A DNA stretch of 64,000 bases from Muribaculaceae bacterium (GTDB lineage Bacteria > Bacteroidota > Bacteroidia > Bacteroidales > Paludibacteraceae): positions 7,862-71,861 of the forward strand of contig CAVKDW010000001.1 in assembly GCA_963655075.1 (NCBI GenBank), written 5' to 3'. The notes below the pieces were generated by a model. The model worked only from the letters and a program-made list of their open reading frames with translations. It made no database searches and was not told the origin of the DNA. Shown piece by piece: positions 46,621-57,663 of this stretch. The position numbers were made by a program, and so were the translations under genes. Each line of letters begins with the position of its first letter. Position 1 is the stretch's first letter.

Positions 46621-48036
46621 ATGAAACGTTATATTTTCCTAAGTAGTCTAATGCTATGCTGGACACTCGCCTGCATGGCACAAGCAAAGTATGTGTTCTT
46701 CTTTATCGGTGATGGCATGGGACCCTCCCAAGTACTCAGTGCCGAGATGTACCTCGCCGAATTAGAGGGGAGCATCGGTAGAAAACAACTGCTAATGACC
46801 CAGTTCCCATACTCTGGACAAGTAGCCACTTTCTCCGCATCCAACGGCATCACAGACTCCGCCGCAGCAGGGACATGCCTCGCCACAGGGAAAAAGACCA
46901 ACAACGGTATGATAGGACAGACACCCGACGGAGAACCGGTAGAAAGTGTCGCAACACGCCTCAAACAAGAAGGATGGGGAATAGGTATCATGACATCCGT
47001 AGCCATCGACCATGCTACACCGGCACCACACTACGCACATAGCGCAAAACGGAATGACTACTATGCCATCGGGACACAACTTGCATTCTCAGACTTCGAT
47101 TTCTTCGGCGGAGCAGGATTCCATAAACCGATAAACACCGCAGAGCCTGCTGCCCCGAACTTGTATGACTTATGCCTAACCGAAGGATACACACTCGCCG
47201 GAGGATACGACGATGCATTGCAGAAAACAGGAGCAAAAAAACTAATACTCGTACCCGCAGAGTATATCAACGATAAGACACGCAAAGGAGAATCTCTTCC
47301 CTATGCCATAGACCGGACAGAAAACGACCTGACGCTCGCCCGGATAGTAGATATCGCTATCATACAATTAGGCACTTATGACCGTTTCTTTATGATGATA
47401 GAGGGAGGTAAGATTGATTACGCCTGCCATGGACGAGACGGCGCAACATCCATCCACGAGACAATAGATATGGACAATGCAATCCAACTCGCATACCGGT
47501 TCTACCTCGAACATCCGGATGAGACACTCATCGTAGTGACAGCCGACCACGAGACAGGAGGGATGACCCTGGGGAATGGAGACTATACCCTCAACCTGCA
47601 AGCACTACAATACCAACAATGCTCCGAATGGGTACTGTCAGACAAACTGTCCGAACTACAACAGCAAAAAGGGAAACAACTCAAATGGGAACAAGTAAAG
47701 ACATTACTCTCTGACAACACAGGCCTGTACAAACAAGTCCCCGTCACCCCGGACGAAGATGCAGAACTATATGCCGCCTATCGGAACATCATGCGACAAT
47801 ACAAGACGGTCAAGACGCTGTACAAAGATATCAACGCTCTCGCAGACAAAGCCATAGAGATTCTCAACCGCAATGCCAAGATAGGATGGACAAGTTATAC
47901 CCATACCGCTACTGCTGTACCTGTATTCGCTATCGGAGCAGGAGCCGAACTATTCACCGGATGGCACGATAACACCGAGATAGCACCACTGCTATTCAAG
48001 GCCACGAGACAAAACGACGAACCTCAGACAAAGTAA
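46621..48036 (+). CDS. alkaline phosphatase (PhoA family)
   Basis: Signal peptide, FFIGDGMG, the active-site block ITDSAAAGT, and TADHETGG. 471 aa. Confidence 0.9.
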   Translation: MKRYIFLSSLMLCWTLACMAQAKYVFFFIGDGMGPSQVLSAEMYLAELEGSIGRKQLLMTQFPYSGQVATFSASNGITDSAAAGTCLATGKKTNNGMIGQTPDGEPVESVATRLKQEGWGIGIMTSVAIDHATPAPHYAHSAKRNDYYAIGTQLAFSDFDFFGGAGFHKPINTAEPAAPNLYDLCLTEGYTLAGGYDDALQKTGAKKLILVPAEYINDKTRKGESLPYAIDRTENDLTLARIVDIAIIQLGTYDRFFMMIEGGKIDYACHGRDGATSIHETIDMDNAIQLAYRFYLEHPDETLIVVTADHETGGMTLGNGDYTLNLQALQYQQCSEWVLSDKLSELQQQKGKQLKWEQVKTLLSDNTGLYKQVPVTPDEDAELYAAYRNIMRQYKTVKTLYKDINALADKAIEILNRNAKIGWTSYTHTATAVPVFAIGAGAELFTGWHDNTEIAPLLFKATRQNDEPQTK

Positions 48037-48445
48037 ACCCCCTTTGCAAACAGAAGCGTACCACCTGCTCAGGTAGTGCGCTTTTCTTTTTCAGGATAAC
48101 ACGCTGCAAGATCCTGTCGTACTCTGCCTCATCTATTCCGGACAACGCCCTGTCAATAGCATCACTCGGCAAACGCTTCGCTTGCAATGCAGCACGCATC
48201 TTCACACGCCCCCAGCCTTGATAGAGAAGTTTATCATGAACGAAAGCAGCACAATAACGCACCTCATCAATAAAACCATCTGCACACAAATGAGCAAGGA
48301 TAGTGTCTGTCTGCAACGAATCGGCTCCCCATTGGCTTAACTTAACTCGTAACTCCATAGGGCAACGCTCCGCCATAGCACAATAAGACTCAGCTCTCGC
48401 TGTCAAGTCTGCCATAGAGCATCCGTGGTTTGCCATACATATCAT
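47996..48445 (-). CDS. recX: regulatory protein RecX
   Basis: About 140-149 aa helical-repeat protein. AESYCAMAERCPMELRVKLSQWG and FVHDKLLYQGWGRVKMRAALQAKRL are RecX-like. Alternative ATGs at 48436 and 48415 would shorten the overlap with prmC. Confidence 0.75.
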   Translation of the reverse strand: MICMANHGCSMADLTARAESYCAMAERCPMELRVKLSQWGADSLQTDTILAHLCADGFIDEVRYCAAFVHDKLLYQGWGRVKMRAALQAKRLPSDAIDRALSGIDEAEYDRILQRVILKKKSALPEQVVRFCLQRGFTLSEVRRFVSWP

Positions 48446-49214
48446 GTTTTAGTTGAATATCCACATACCCGGCCCCACACAGTAACGCACACATCTCCTC
48501 CGGGAAAGCCTCGTTAATCTCCAAGAAAAGGTGCGTAGCACACCTCAAAGAGACGATACGACGGTAAAACAACAAAGGGTCATCGTCCGGGACGAACAGT
48601 GCCGTACGAGGCTCATAACGCAAAACCCTTTCCTCCATCAGTGACTGTTCACTTTCCCGCACGTAAGGAGGATTACTAACAATGATATCATACTTGTCTA
48701 TATCATCGGTTAGAATATTGGCTTGCAACCACCGTACATCTATATGGTTATGCTCCCCGTTATATTGAGCCACCTGCAAAGCCTCACTGCTGTTATCCAA
48801 ACCACTCACTTCCCACATCGGATGACGCTGCTGCAGAGCCAACGCAATGCACCCACTACCCGTTCCTATATCCAAGACACGCACCAACCGATCACACATA
48901 GCCATATCCTGCAGCACCCATTCTACCAACTCAGCCGTCTCAGGACGCGGGACCAGCGTCGCTGGAGTGACACGTAAATCTAAACCCATCCATTGAGCAT
49001 GAGAAAAGATATATTGTATCGGCTCATGCTGACGCAGTTTTTGGAGAATAATTTCGAGATGTGGGATATTTTCTATACCTTTGCAGCCACAGAGTATATC
49101 TGCTCGGCTCAGACCCGTAGTCTCCTCAACTACCCAATAGGCTAATTCGCGCAGTTCATGCTCCGGATAATAATCCCGCAAGGAAGAAACGATATATTCA
49201 ATCAAAGGTATCAT
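48390..49214 (-). CDS. prmC: release factor glutamine N5-methyltransferase
   Basis: SAM motif VLDIGTGSGCIA and catalytic NPPY (VSNPPYV). 274 aa. Confidence 0.9.
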   Translation of the reverse strand: MIPLIEYIVSSLRDYYPEHELRELAYWVVEETTGLSRADILCGCKGIENIPHLEIILQKLRQHEPIQYIFSHAQWMGLDLRVTPATLVPRPETAELVEWVLQDMAMCDRLVRVLDIGTGSGCIALALQQRHPMWEVSGLDNSSEALQVAQYNGEHNHIDVRWLQANILTDDIDKYDIIVSNPPYVRESEQSLMEERVLRYEPRTALFVPDDDPLLFYRRIVSLRCATHLFLEINEAFPEEMCALLCGAGYVDIQLKHDMYGKPRMLYGRLDSES

Positions 49215-49218
49215 CTCA

Positions 49219-49226
49219 CAAAAGTA
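49219..49226 (-). promoter_or_regulatory. -7 promoter box for prmC-recX, part of a palindromic 17-mer
   Basis: CAAAAGTA within CAAAAGTACTACTTTTC. It lies only 4 nt upstream of the prmC ATG. The opposite half, TACTTTTC (49228-35), is a 7/8 match facing ribD. Confidence 0.5.
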
Positions 49227-49286
49227 CTACTTTTCTGCGACATAGGGAAAACAAAACGAATCAACCAACCTAACCCACCAAGAGAC

Positions 49287-50324
49287 ATGCAAGACGACAT
49301 ATACATGTACCGGTGCCTGCAACTCGCACGCATAGGAGAATATTACGTAGCACCCAACCCGATGGTAGGTGCGGTATTGGTGTATCGAAACGGACAACAA
49401 GAGTATATCGTCGGAGAAGGATGGCATAGACAATACGGAGGAGCACACGCAGAAGTCAACTGTTTCCAAGACGCCGAACAGCACAAAGACAGCACATGGA
49501 GCATATCCGACTGCACTCTGTATGTCAGCCTCGAACCATGCAGTCACTGGGGGAAAACACCACCATGCGCCGACCTCATCATCAAGAAAGGAGTCAAAAG
49601 AGTAGTCATCGGCTGCCCTGACCCTAACCCACTTGTATCCGGACAGGGGATAGAAAAATTACGTAATGCAGGTATAGAAGTGATAGTAGGGATATTACAA
49701 GAACAATGTCACCAACTTAACAAACGATTCATGTGCCTACAAGAACAACATCGGCCATACATAACGCTGAAATGGGCGGAAACAGCCGACGGATACATCG
49801 ACCGCAAACGCACAGATGGGAAACCCATAGTCATATCAACGCCCGTGACCAAACAGTTAGTACACCAACAACGCGCAGAGAACATGGCGATCATGGTCGG
49901 AACACGCACGGCTATACTGGACAACCCAAGCCTGCGCACTACACGATGGAGCGGACGAAACCCAATACGAATCGTATTAGATAGACACCATGCCGTCTGC
50001 CATAATTGCAAACTGTTCTCTCCCGATGCAGAAACTATCGTTTATGAAAATACCAATTGGACACATATACTCACCGACCTTGCACAACGTAATATCCATT
50101 CCCTATTGGTCGAAGGAGGAACAACACTGATAAACTATATCCTTGGTACAGGAATCTATGACGAAGTACATATAGAGGTCAGCAATACCAAACTGGACAT
50201 AACAACCGATGAAACCGGAGTAAAAGCACCAATGTACAAAACCTGCACATATCCACAAATAGTAGATGGACACCGCATATACATAGAACCAAATCAAACA
50301 AAAACTCACTTAAAACAGATATAG
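49287..50324 (+). CDS. ribD: bifunctional riboflavin biosynthesis deaminase/reductase RibD
   Basis: Deaminase zinc motifs HAEV and PCSHWGKTPPC, plus a C-terminal reductase domain. The start was trimmed to the ATG at 49287 (MQDDIYMYRCLQLA). Confidence 0.9.
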   Translation: MQDDIYMYRCLQLARIGEYYVAPNPMVGAVLVYRNGQQEYIVGEGWHRQYGGAHAEVNCFQDAEQHKDSTWSISDCTLYVSLEPCSHWGKTPPCADLIIKKGVKRVVIGCPDPNPLVSGQGIEKLRNAGIEVIVGILQEQCHQLNKRFMCLQEQHRPYITLKWAETADGYIDRKRTDGKPIVISTPVTKQLVHQQRAENMAIMVGTRTAILDNPSLRTTRWSGRNPIRIVLDRHHAVCHNCKLFSPDAETIVYENTNWTHILTDLAQRNIHSLLVEGGTTLINYILGTGIYDEVHIEVSNTKLDITTDETGVKAPMYKTCTYPQIVDGHRIYIEPNQTKTHLKQI

Positions 50325-50328
50325 AATT

Positions 50329-51183
50329 ATGATTAACAAAATCACGCATACATGCATCGTACTCATCTGTGTGATAGTATGCCATGGATGTTCTCCGTTT
50401 GATAACAAAAGACACAATGGCATCATAGCAGAATACAACGGAAATAGCATCACCCTGACCGAGATACAACAGTTGACATCAGGACTGTCGCCCGAAGATA
50501 GCGCACGTGTGGCTGAGACATATATCCAACAATGGGCAACCAACTTGATAGAATACGACAAAGCCAAAGACACACCGGACAAAGACATCGAACGACTGGT
50601 CGAAGACTACCGACACTCATTGTATATTGACAAATACGAACGACACTTGATAACCCAACGCATGCCCAAACTCGTTGAAGACAGCCTGATAGAACAATTC
50701 TATAACACACATAGTCAGCAACTACTCCTGCGCGAAGCCATACTACGCGGAGTACTCGTCGTAGTCCCCAATGGAGTACCCGACTTGGACAAATTACGCA
50801 AATGGATGCAAGACCCGAAACAAGAGGAAAACATCGAAGGAATCGAGAAGTTTGCATACCAATATGCTGTGGGATACGAACTATTCATTGACGAATGGAA
50901 AAGCATCAATCAAGTTATCGTGCGTATGCCTCTCGGCACAGAAGACTTACAAAAACTACTAAAACAGAAAAAACAAATAGAACTGCAAGATAGCGTCAAT
51001 ACCTACATCTTACAAGTGACAGAATCTTACCAGAGAGGAGAGAAGATGCCAATAGATTTTGCCACACCTGATATCGAAAAAATCATTCTCAATCAACGGC
51101 AAGTACAATTCATCAAAGACGAGAGAAACGCCCTGTACAAACAAGCCGTCAAAGAACACAAAATCAAACGTTACACCGAATGA
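50329..51183 (+). CDS. lipoprotein with SurA-N-terminal-like chaperone region (putative periplasmic foldase-like protein)
   Basis: 284 aa. Lipobox [20 protein letters not shown]...[15 protein letters not shown] resembles the N-domains of SurA/PpiD-type proteins. No rotamase motif was seen. Confidence 0.45.
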   Translation: MINKITHTCIVLICVIVCHGCSPFDNKRHNGIIAEYNGNSITLTEIQQLTSGLSPEDSARVAETYIQQWATNLIEYDKAKDTPDKDIERLVEDYRHSLYIDKYERHLITQRMPKLVEDSLIEQFYNTHSQQLLLREAILRGVLVVVPNGVPDLDKLRKWMQDPKQEENIEGIEKFAYQYAVGYELFIDEWKSINQVIVRMPLGTEDLQKLLKQKKQIELQDSVNTYILQVTESYQRGEKMPIDFATPDIEKIILNQRQVQFIKDERNALYKQAVKEHKIKRYTE

Positions 51184-51638
51184 CTGTCACGAAACACGCG
51201 TTCTAACTCACGCCTGTCATCACGTTCACGCAGAGACTGACGCTTGTCATAGGTGTGCTTGCCTTGACAAAGACCTATCTCCATCTTTGCGAAACCTCTG
51301 TCATTGATAAAAAGACGCAAGGGGATAATAGTCTTTCCTGTGTCTTTCACTTGCCTCTCCAACTTACGTAACTCCTTGTGTGTAAGCAACAACTTACGAT
51401 CACGCTTGGCCTCATGATTAGAGTAACTGCCAAAACGATACTCCGCTATGTGCATCTGCTTAACCCATAACTCCCCACTTGTAAACACACAGTAGGTGTC
51501 TGCCAACGAAGCCTTGCTCTCACGAATAGACTTAATCTCCGTCCCAAACAACTGGATACCGGCCGTGTACCGCTCCAATATCTCATAATCGAACGTAGCA
51601 CGACGATTCCTTATATTGATATCACTCTTCAACCGCAT
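51171..51638 (-). CDS. smpB: SsrA-binding protein SmpB
   Basis: 155 aa from the ATG at 51638. [29 protein letters not shown] and [12 protein letters not shown] are canonical SmpB blocks. The longer ORF-track start (51824) runs through the promoter. Confidence 0.9.
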   Translation of the reverse strand: MRLKSDINIRNRRATFDYEILERYTAGIQLFGTEIKSIRESKASLADTYCVFTSGELWVKQMHIAEYRFGSYSNHEAKRDRKLLLTHKELRKLERQVKDTGKTIIPLRLFINDRGFAKMEIGLCQGKHTYDKRQSLRERDDRRELERVFRDSHSV

Positions 51639-51661
51639 GCCTGATGTGTGCAAAAATCGCA

Positions 51662-51669
51662 CAAAGGTA
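51662..51669 (-). promoter_or_regulatory. -7 promoter box for smpB
   Basis: CAAAGGTA, 23 nt upstream of the ATG at 51638. Confidence 0.6.
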
Positions 51670-51701
51670 TAGAAACATTTGCAGATATACAAAAAAAGCC
51701 G

Positions 51702-51709
51702 TACTTTTG
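51702..51709 (+). promoter_or_regulatory. -7 promoter box for the 51733 operon
   Basis: TACTTTTG, 23 nt upstream of the ATG at 51733. Confidence 0.6.
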
Positions 51710-51732
51710 CAGCCCAATTAAACACAACGCTT

Positions 51733-52260
51733 ATGCTTAAGAACATTCTTACTATCACAGGCAAACCCGGTCTGTACAAGTTGGTTAGTCGTGGCAATAA
51801 CATGCTTATCGTAGAGTCTCTCATCGATGGGAAACGTATGCCTACCTACTCTCGTGACAAGATCGTATCACTCGCCGAGGTCTCTATGTTTACCGTCGGC
51901 GACGACATCGCTCTCAGCGAGGTGTTAACAAAAGTCGGCGGGAAAGAAGGGCTCAAAGTAGCATCAATAGATGTCAAAAAAGCTGATAACGACACTCTGC
52001 GAGCATTCATGGCTCAAGTGTTACCGGACTTTGACCGGGACAGAGTGTACCCTAACGACATCAGAAAACTCATCCAGTGGTACAACATCCTCGTACAAGC
52101 AGGCATCACAGATTTCACCACCGAAGAGGCAAACGAAGATATAGAACCGGTTGAGGAGAAAAAACAAGAAGTCAAAAAAACTACACCCAAAGCACAAGTC
52201 AAGACACAGAAATCCGCCGTGTCTTCTGTAAAAACGGGGGTAGGAGCTAAAAAAGGTTGA
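51733..52260 (+). CDS. conserved Bacteroidota protein of unknown function (DUF5606-like, name from memory) with Lys/Glu-rich tail
   Basis: 175 aa. [21 protein letters not shown].... The start was trimmed to the ATG downstream of the -7 box. Confidence 0.6.
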   Translation: MLKNILTITGKPGLYKLVSRGNNMLIVESLIDGKRMPTYSRDKIVSLAEVSMFTVGDDIALSEVLTKVGGKEGLKVASIDVKKADNDTLRAFMAQVLPDFDRDRVYPNDIRKLIQWYNILVQAGITDFTTEEANEDIEPVEEKKQEVKKTTPKAQVKTQKSAVSSVKTGVGAKKG

Positions 52261-53057
52261 TCCTTCAGGATATCATCCATATCATAGAATCTGTCGCTCC
52301 CTTGAGTTACCAGGAACAATGGGATAATTCGGGACTACAGGTGGGTAATCGCAATGCAGACATCACAGCAGCATTGTTGACAATAGACATCACTGAGTCT
52401 GTTGTCCTCGAGGCTATAGAGAAGCAGTGCAACTTGATTGTTTCCCATCACCCGCTACTCTTCCATGGACTAAAACACCTCACGGACGAGACACCGCAAG
52501 AGAGATGTGTAGAAATGGCTATACGGCACGGCATCGCTATCTACTCTTCACACACCGCTATGGATAGTTATGTAAACGGAGTGAGTGGACGCATGGCAGA
52601 ACACATAGGCATCTCACAGTACACCATCCTCTCTCCATCAGCAGATAACCCGCACATCGGACTCGGAGTCATCGGGATACTCGAAGCACCAATGGAAGCG
52701 AACGACTTTATCAGACATACATACCGCGCCTTCCACTCTCACACCATGGGCATACGCTATATCCCACCGTGCCGGCAGACTGTTCATACTGTCGCCTTGT
52801 GCGGAGGAGCAGGAGCAGAACTCCTCGACGTAGCCATCACACAAGGAGCAGACATATACATCTCTGCCGACTTCAAATACCACGAGATGCAAGCCGCTGT
52901 GAACAGAATAGGAGTTATCGAACTCGACCACTGGGTCAGTGAACAATTCACACGAGACATCTTCCAGGAGATACTCTCCCCACACATCACCGTTCACATA
53001 TCCCAAAAAGACCATAGCCATGTCCAATATATCGCTGATAATACCTTAGCAGAGTAA
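52257..53057 (+). CDS. Nif3-like dinuclear metal center protein
   Basis: 266 aa. SYQEQWDNSGLQVG, SHHPLLF and SSHTAMD blocks. The TTG start overlaps the previous stop (TTGA). Confidence 0.85.
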   Translation: MILQDIIHIIESVAPLSYQEQWDNSGLQVGNRNADITAALLTIDITESVVLEAIEKQCNLIVSHHPLLFHGLKHLTDETPQERCVEMAIRHGIAIYSSHTAMDSYVNGVSGRMAEHIGISQYTILSPSADNPHIGLGVIGILEAPMEANDFIRHTYRAFHSHTMGIRYIPPCRQTVHTVALCGGAGAELLDVAITQGADIYISADFKYHEMQAAVNRIGVIELDHWVSEQFTRDIFQEILSPHITVHISQKDHSHVQYIADNTLAE

Positions 53058-53073
53058 AATAAAAAACAATCAT

Positions 53074-53823
53074 ATGGCAAAAGAAAAAGAAGAAAAAGAG
53101 TTGACCGTAGAAGATAAACTGCGCGCACTCTACCAACTACAAGAAGTAGATTCGAAAATCGACGAGTTACGTATCCTTGCCGGAGAACTGCCACAAGAGG
53201 TCAAGGATATGAGCGATGAAGTAGAAGGACTGAAAACCCGCCTGTCAAACATCGAGAACGACATCAAGGAGTATGAGACCGCTATCTCAGACCACCGTGT
53301 ACGCATCGAGAACGCTAACGCGGCTATCTCACGCTACAAAGAACAACAAAACAATGTCCGGAACAACCGCGAGTTCGACAACCTGACAAAGGAGATAGAC
53401 TACCAAGAACAGGACATAGCACTCTCTCAAAAGCGAATACACGAGAATACATCCGCCTTGGAAGCACGCCAGGAAGATAAGGCAAAAACCATTGGCGACA
53501 TCGAAGAGCGGACAGTGGACCTCAACCAGAAAAAGAACGAACTCGACTCTATCCTCAACGAGACCAAAGAGCAAACCGAGAAACTAATGCTACAGGCTAC
53601 CGAACTCGAGAAGAATATCGACGAGCGACTGCTGACAGCCTTCCGGCGCATACGCAAAAACGCACACAACGGACTGGCAGTCGTCAGAGTGGAACGCGAT
53701 AGTTGCGGCGGATGCCATAGCAAGATCCCTGCACAACGGCAACTGGATATACGCTTGCGCAAAAAGATTATCGTATGCGAGTTCTGCGGACGTATCCTCG
53801 TTGACCCGGAGATAGAAGATTAA
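53074..53823 (+). CDS. coiled-coil protein with C-terminal C4 zinc ribbon (COG1579-type, usual Nif3 neighbour)
   Basis: 249 aa. Long heptad-rich region, then CGGCHSKI...CEFCGRIL. Confidence 0.8.
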   Translation: MAKEKEEKELTVEDKLRALYQLQEVDSKIDELRILAGELPQEVKDMSDEVEGLKTRLSNIENDIKEYETAISDHRVRIENANAAISRYKEQQNNVRNNREFDNLTKEIDYQEQDIALSQKRIHENTSALEARQEDKAKTIGDIEERTVDLNQKKNELDSILNETKEQTEKLMLQATELEKNIDERLLTAFRRIRKNAHNGLAVVRVERDSCGGCHSKIPAQRQLDIRLRKKIIVCEFCGRILVDPEIED

Positions 53824-53843
53824 GACATAACCTTACACTAAAA

Positions 53844-53886
53844 CGAGAGGCTGCCCGACCTGTTGGTTAGACAGCCTCTCGCTTTT
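53844..53886. terminator. bidirectional hairpin terminator
   Basis: CGAGAGGCTG (53844-53853) pairs with CAGCCTCTCG (53872-53881), followed by CTTTTAT. It sits between convergent genes. Confidence 0.65.
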
Positions 53887-53887
53887 A

Positions 53888-55516
53888 TCAATTATACAGG
53901 AACCGCTTGATCGATTTCTTCGGCGTCTTCTCAAACTCTTTCTCCACAATCTCCAACCTGCTCACCTTGGCAAAAACAGGTAACATATCGTTCAACTTCT
54001 TCAAGTTCTCCCGCATCAGAGACGCTATCTGATCAGCATCACCCAAAGAGGTATCAGGGAACACCAAACCGACTAATTTACCTTCCCTTTCCACAACAAC
54101 AGACTCTAACACTCCGTTCAGAGAATTCAACTTGTCCTCTATCTCTTCCGGATAGACGTTCTGACCATTAGGACCAAGTATCATATTCTTCACTCGCCCT
54201 CGCAGATAGACATTACCCATGTGATCAATAACACCTACATCACCCGTGCGCATCCAACCGTCATCCAGAAAAGCGTCCTCTGTAGCCTGAGGGTTCTTGT
54301 AATAACCCAACATCACACCGGCACCACGGAGCAGTATCTCACCCTCATGCTCGTACGGATTATCACTGTTCACACGCAACTCCAAGTGATCAACAACACG
54401 ACCACACGATTTCATCGCATAAGTCTTCCAGTTAGCATAACAAACCAAAGGAGCACACTCCGTCATCCCATACCCACAAGTGTAAGGGAAATGTATCTGA
54501 CGAAGACACTTCTCCACATCACCGTTCAACGCTGCGCCTCCTATGATCAGTATATCCAAGTGACCACCAAAAGCCGACATCAATTTCTTATACACCTTAC
54601 GACGAAGAGGTATGTTGACCAACGGAGTATACCACAATGCCTTCACCGGTTGCTTCATGATAACAGGGAAGATACTCTTCTTGAATATCTTTTCCACAAC
54701 CAGAGGCACAGTAAGTATCATATAGGGTTTCACATCTTGGAAAGCCTTCAACAAAACCGTCGGGGTAAGACTGCGTGTGATAAAGTGGATATGCGTACCA
54801 CCTGCCATCTGATAAAGCAACTCGAACATCATACCGAACATATGACCTAACGGCAATATGCTCACAATACTCTGACCCGGATGATTAGGGATATTGGCCT
54901 GACCATATACCACATTCGCACTCAGACTGCGATGCGTCAACATGACACCCTTGGGAGAACCCGTTGAACCCGACGTGTAGTTAATCAAGGCCAACTCCTC
55001 AAAGTTGTCCTCTGGATAGTGAACATCATCTATTGAAAAACCGTGAGGATAACGCTGCGCAAACTTCTCGTCAAGAACAGTAGAAGAAACAGACGCCCCG
55101 TTCACCGTACTAAAATCCTCTAACGAGACAATCGCTGTCAAACCTGGCATCTGACCGGAGTCAATACGCCCCCTCACCCAAGAACCCACAAACAACAACT
55201 TCGAATCCGAATGGTTAACCAACGTATGGATACTCTCCGTCGTAAAGTCAGGCAATATACTTACCACCACACACCTGTGTGCCAACGTCGCCAAAAAAGC
55301 AAGACCCCAGTTCGAGGAGTTGCGGCCACAGATAGATACTTTGTCACCCGCTTGTATTCCAAGTTCCTCAAACAACAACTCTATACGGGCGACCTGCTCA
55401 GCCACCTGACCATACGTATAAGAACAAGTACCCTCATAATCGGTCAAAGCAGCACCGTCCCAATTACTCTTCATCACGTCCTTAATGAACGTGAAATAAT
55501 GTTTCGTCGTATTCAT
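53888..55516 (-). CDS. AMP-dependent synthetase/ligase (long-chain-fatty-acid--CoA ligase-like)
   Basis: AMP-binding motif YTSGSTGSPKGV, plus TGD and GRVKN blocks. 542 aa. Confidence 0.85.
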   Translation of the reverse strand: MNTTKHYFTFIKDVMKSNWDGAALTDYEGTCSYTYGQVAEQVARIELLFEELGIQAGDKVSICGRNSSNWGLAFLATLAHRCVVVSILPDFTTESIHTLVNHSDSKLLFVGSWVRGRIDSGQMPGLTAIVSLEDFSTVNGASVSSTVLDEKFAQRYPHGFSIDDVHYPEDNFEELALINYTSGSTGSPKGVMLTHRSLSANVVYGQANIPNHPGQSIVSILPLGHMFGMMFELLYQMAGGTHIHFITRSLTPTVLLKAFQDVKPYMILTVPLVVEKIFKKSIFPVIMKQPVKALWYTPLVNIPLRRKVYKKLMSAFGGHLDILIIGGAALNGDVEKCLRQIHFPYTCGYGMTECAPLVCYANWKTYAMKSCGRVVDHLELRVNSDNPYEHEGEILLRGAGVMLGYYKNPQATEDAFLDDGWMRTGDVGVIDHMGNVYLRGRVKNMILGPNGQNVYPEEIEDKLNSLNGVLESVVVEREGKLVGLVFPDTSLGDADQIASLMRENLKKLNDMLPVFAKVSRLEIVEKEFEKTPKKSIKRFLYN

Positions 55517-55556
55517 ATTGATACAAGTTTATAGTTATAATGTCCAAAAAACACCG

Positions 55557-55564
55557 CAAAGATA
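55557..55564 (-). promoter_or_regulatory. -7 promoter box for the acyl-CoA ligase gene
   Basis: CAAAGATA, 40 nt upstream of the ATG at 55516. Confidence 0.5.
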
Positions 55565-55666
55565 TCGGATTTACATGGAGAGAACAAAACAGAGGTTTGC
55601 AACCAAACACAATGGGATAAAAGACAGAAAATCGGGGTAAAACTTGCAAATATGGGGCAAACATAG

Positions 55667-55674
55667 TACCTTTG
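55667..55674 (+). promoter_or_regulatory. -7 promoter box for parE
   Basis: TACCTTTG, 21 nt upstream of the ATG at 55696. The ORF-track start at 55672 lies inside the box. Confidence 0.6.
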
Positions 55675-55695
55675 CAAGCGTTAAAACAATGGGAT

Positions 55696-57633
55696 ATGAG
55701 CCAGGAAAACAAAATAACAAACAACACCACATACACAGACGAGAACATTGTCCACCTCGATGACCGCGAACATATACGCCGCAGACCCGGAATGTATATC
55801 GGCAAACTGGGCGACGGCAGCCACTCCGATGACGGCATCTATGTGCTAATGAAAGAGACTATCGACAATTCTATCGATGAATTCAGAATGAATGAAGGCA
55901 AAGTGATAGAAGTGACGGTGTCACCTGTCATAGAGGACGGCGAGACAACAGGCGAGAAAGTACGCGTACGGGACTACGGACGCGGCATACCACTCGGGAA
56001 GATGGTAGATGCCGTTTCACTGCTGAATACCGGAGGTAAATACGATACCAAGGCTTTCAAGAAATCAGTGGGACTAAATGGCGTAGGAACAAAAGCCGTC
56101 AATGCCCTTAGTATGAACTTCAGCGTGCAATCTTTCAGGGATGGGAAGACACGACGCGCAGATTTCCAACAAGGACACCTCATCGCAGATACCGATATCA
56201 TCGAATACAAAGGCACAGAGAAAAGAGGGACAATCATCGAATTTATACCGGATAACTCACGAGGGTTATTCGAGAACTACCACTTTCGGGACGATTTCAT
56301 CGAGACGATGATGCGCAATTATGCGTACCTGAACATCGGACTTACTATCATATACAACGGCAAGAAATTCACGTCCAAAAACGGACTGCTGGACTTGCTG
56401 AACGATAACATGACGGTAGAACCGCTATACCCAATCATCCATATCACAGGAGAAGATATTGAGATAGCACTTACCCATACCGACCAAACAGGAGAAGAGT
56501 ACTTCTCCTTCGTCAATGGACAACATACCATACAGGGGGGGACGCACCAAACAGCATTCCGCGAAGCCATCGGACGCACCATCAAAGAGTTCTACAACAA
56601 GAACCTCGACCTCAGCGACATACGCAACGGAGTAGTGGGAGCCATCGCTATCAACGTTTCTGAACCGGTATTCGAGAGCCAGACAAAAGTCAAATTAGGT
56701 TCCAAAGATATGTCACCGGAAGGAGGCTTATCCGTCAACAAGTTCGTTAACGACTTTGTCAAACAGCAACTCGATAACTATCTGCACAGACACCCGGAGA
56801 TAACAGAAGTGATGCTGCAGAAGATACAAGACTCAGAGAAAGAGCGAAAAGCCATTGCAGGCGTCACAAAAACCGCACGAGAGAGAGCAAAGAAAAATCT
56901 GCTCAACAACCCCAAACTGCGCGACTGCCAAGTACACTACAATGACGCGAAAGCAGTCAAATCAGCGAAAGATGCAGACGACGACCTCAGACAAGAGAGC
57001 AGTATCTTCATCACGGAGGGTCTGTCAGCCTCAGGTTCTATCACCAAGAGCCGGGACGTGCGGACACAAGCCGTGTTCTCACTCAGAGGCAAACCGCTCA
57101 ACTCCTATGGACTAAGCAAATCCGTCGTTTACGAGAACGAGGAATTCAACTGCCTGCAGTCAGCACTGAACATAGAAGACGGACTCGATGAACTGCGATA
57201 CAACAAAGTCATCATCGCCACCGATGCCGATGTGGACGGCATGCACATCCGCCTGCTGATGCTCACATTCTTCCTGCAGTTCTTCCCCGACCTTGTCAAG
57301 AAAGGACATGTCTATATCCTGCAAACACCACTGTTCCGCGTCAAGAACAAAAAAGAAACTCGGTACTGCTATAGCGAAGAAGAACGAATAGAGGCTATCG
57401 AAAGCCTCAAACCAAACCCGGAGATCACACGATTCAAAGGACTCGGAGAGATCAGCCCGGACGAATTCAAAGGGTTTATAGGAAACGGCATACGACTTGA
57501 CCAGGTCACGCTACGAAAAGAAGATGCCGTAGCAGACCTGCTGAATTTCTATATGGGCAAGAACACTAACGAACGACAGAACTTCATCATCAACAACCTC
57601 GTCATCGAAGAAGATAAACCCGAAGAAGAATAA
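55696..57633 (+). CDS. parE: type IIA topoisomerase subunit B, ParE-like (topoisomerase IV subunit B)
   Basis: [23 protein letters not shown], the Toprim motif TEGLSASGS, and [10 protein letters not shown]. The divergent N-terminus is more like Bacteroidota ParE than GyrB. Assignment between ParE and GyrB is uncertain. Confidence 0.75.
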   Translation: MSQENKITNNTTYTDENIVHLDDREHIRRRPGMYIGKLGDGSHSDDGIYVLMKETIDNSIDEFRMNEGKVIEVTVSPVIEDGETTGEKVRVRDYGRGIPLGKMVDAVSLLNTGGKYDTKAFKKSVGLNGVGTKAVNALSMNFSVQSFRDGKTRRADFQQGHLIADTDIIEYKGTEKRGTIIEFIPDNSRGLFENYHFRDDFIETMMRNYAYLNIGLTIIYNGKKFTSKNGLLDLLNDNMTVEPLYPIIHITGEDIEIALTHTDQTGEEYFSFVNGQHTIQGGTHQTAFREAIGRTIKEFYNKNLDLSDIRNGVVGAIAINVSEPVFESQTKVKLGSKDMSPEGGLSVNKFVNDFVKQQLDNYLHRHPEITEVMLQKIQDSEKERKAIAGVTKTARERAKKNLLNNPKLRDCQVHYNDAKAVKSAKDADDDLRQESSIFITEGLSASGSITKSRDVRTQAVFSLRGKPLNSYGLSKSVVYENEEFNCLQSALNIEDGLDELRYNKVIIATDADVDGMHIRLLMLTFFLQFFPDLVKKGHVYILQTPLFRVKNKKETRYCYSEEERIEAIESLKPNPEITRFKGLGEISPDEFKGFIGNGIRLDQVTLRKEDAVADLLNFYMGKNTNERQNFIINNLVIEEDKPEEE

Positions 57634-57663
57634 AAAACGACACCCGTACCAACGGTCATACCA

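Noticed and set aside
49203-49210. CAAAGGTA match to the -7 box
   Set aside because: It falls inside the first codons of prmC (ATG ATA CCT TTG) and is coincidental. The functional candidate is the box at 49219-49226.
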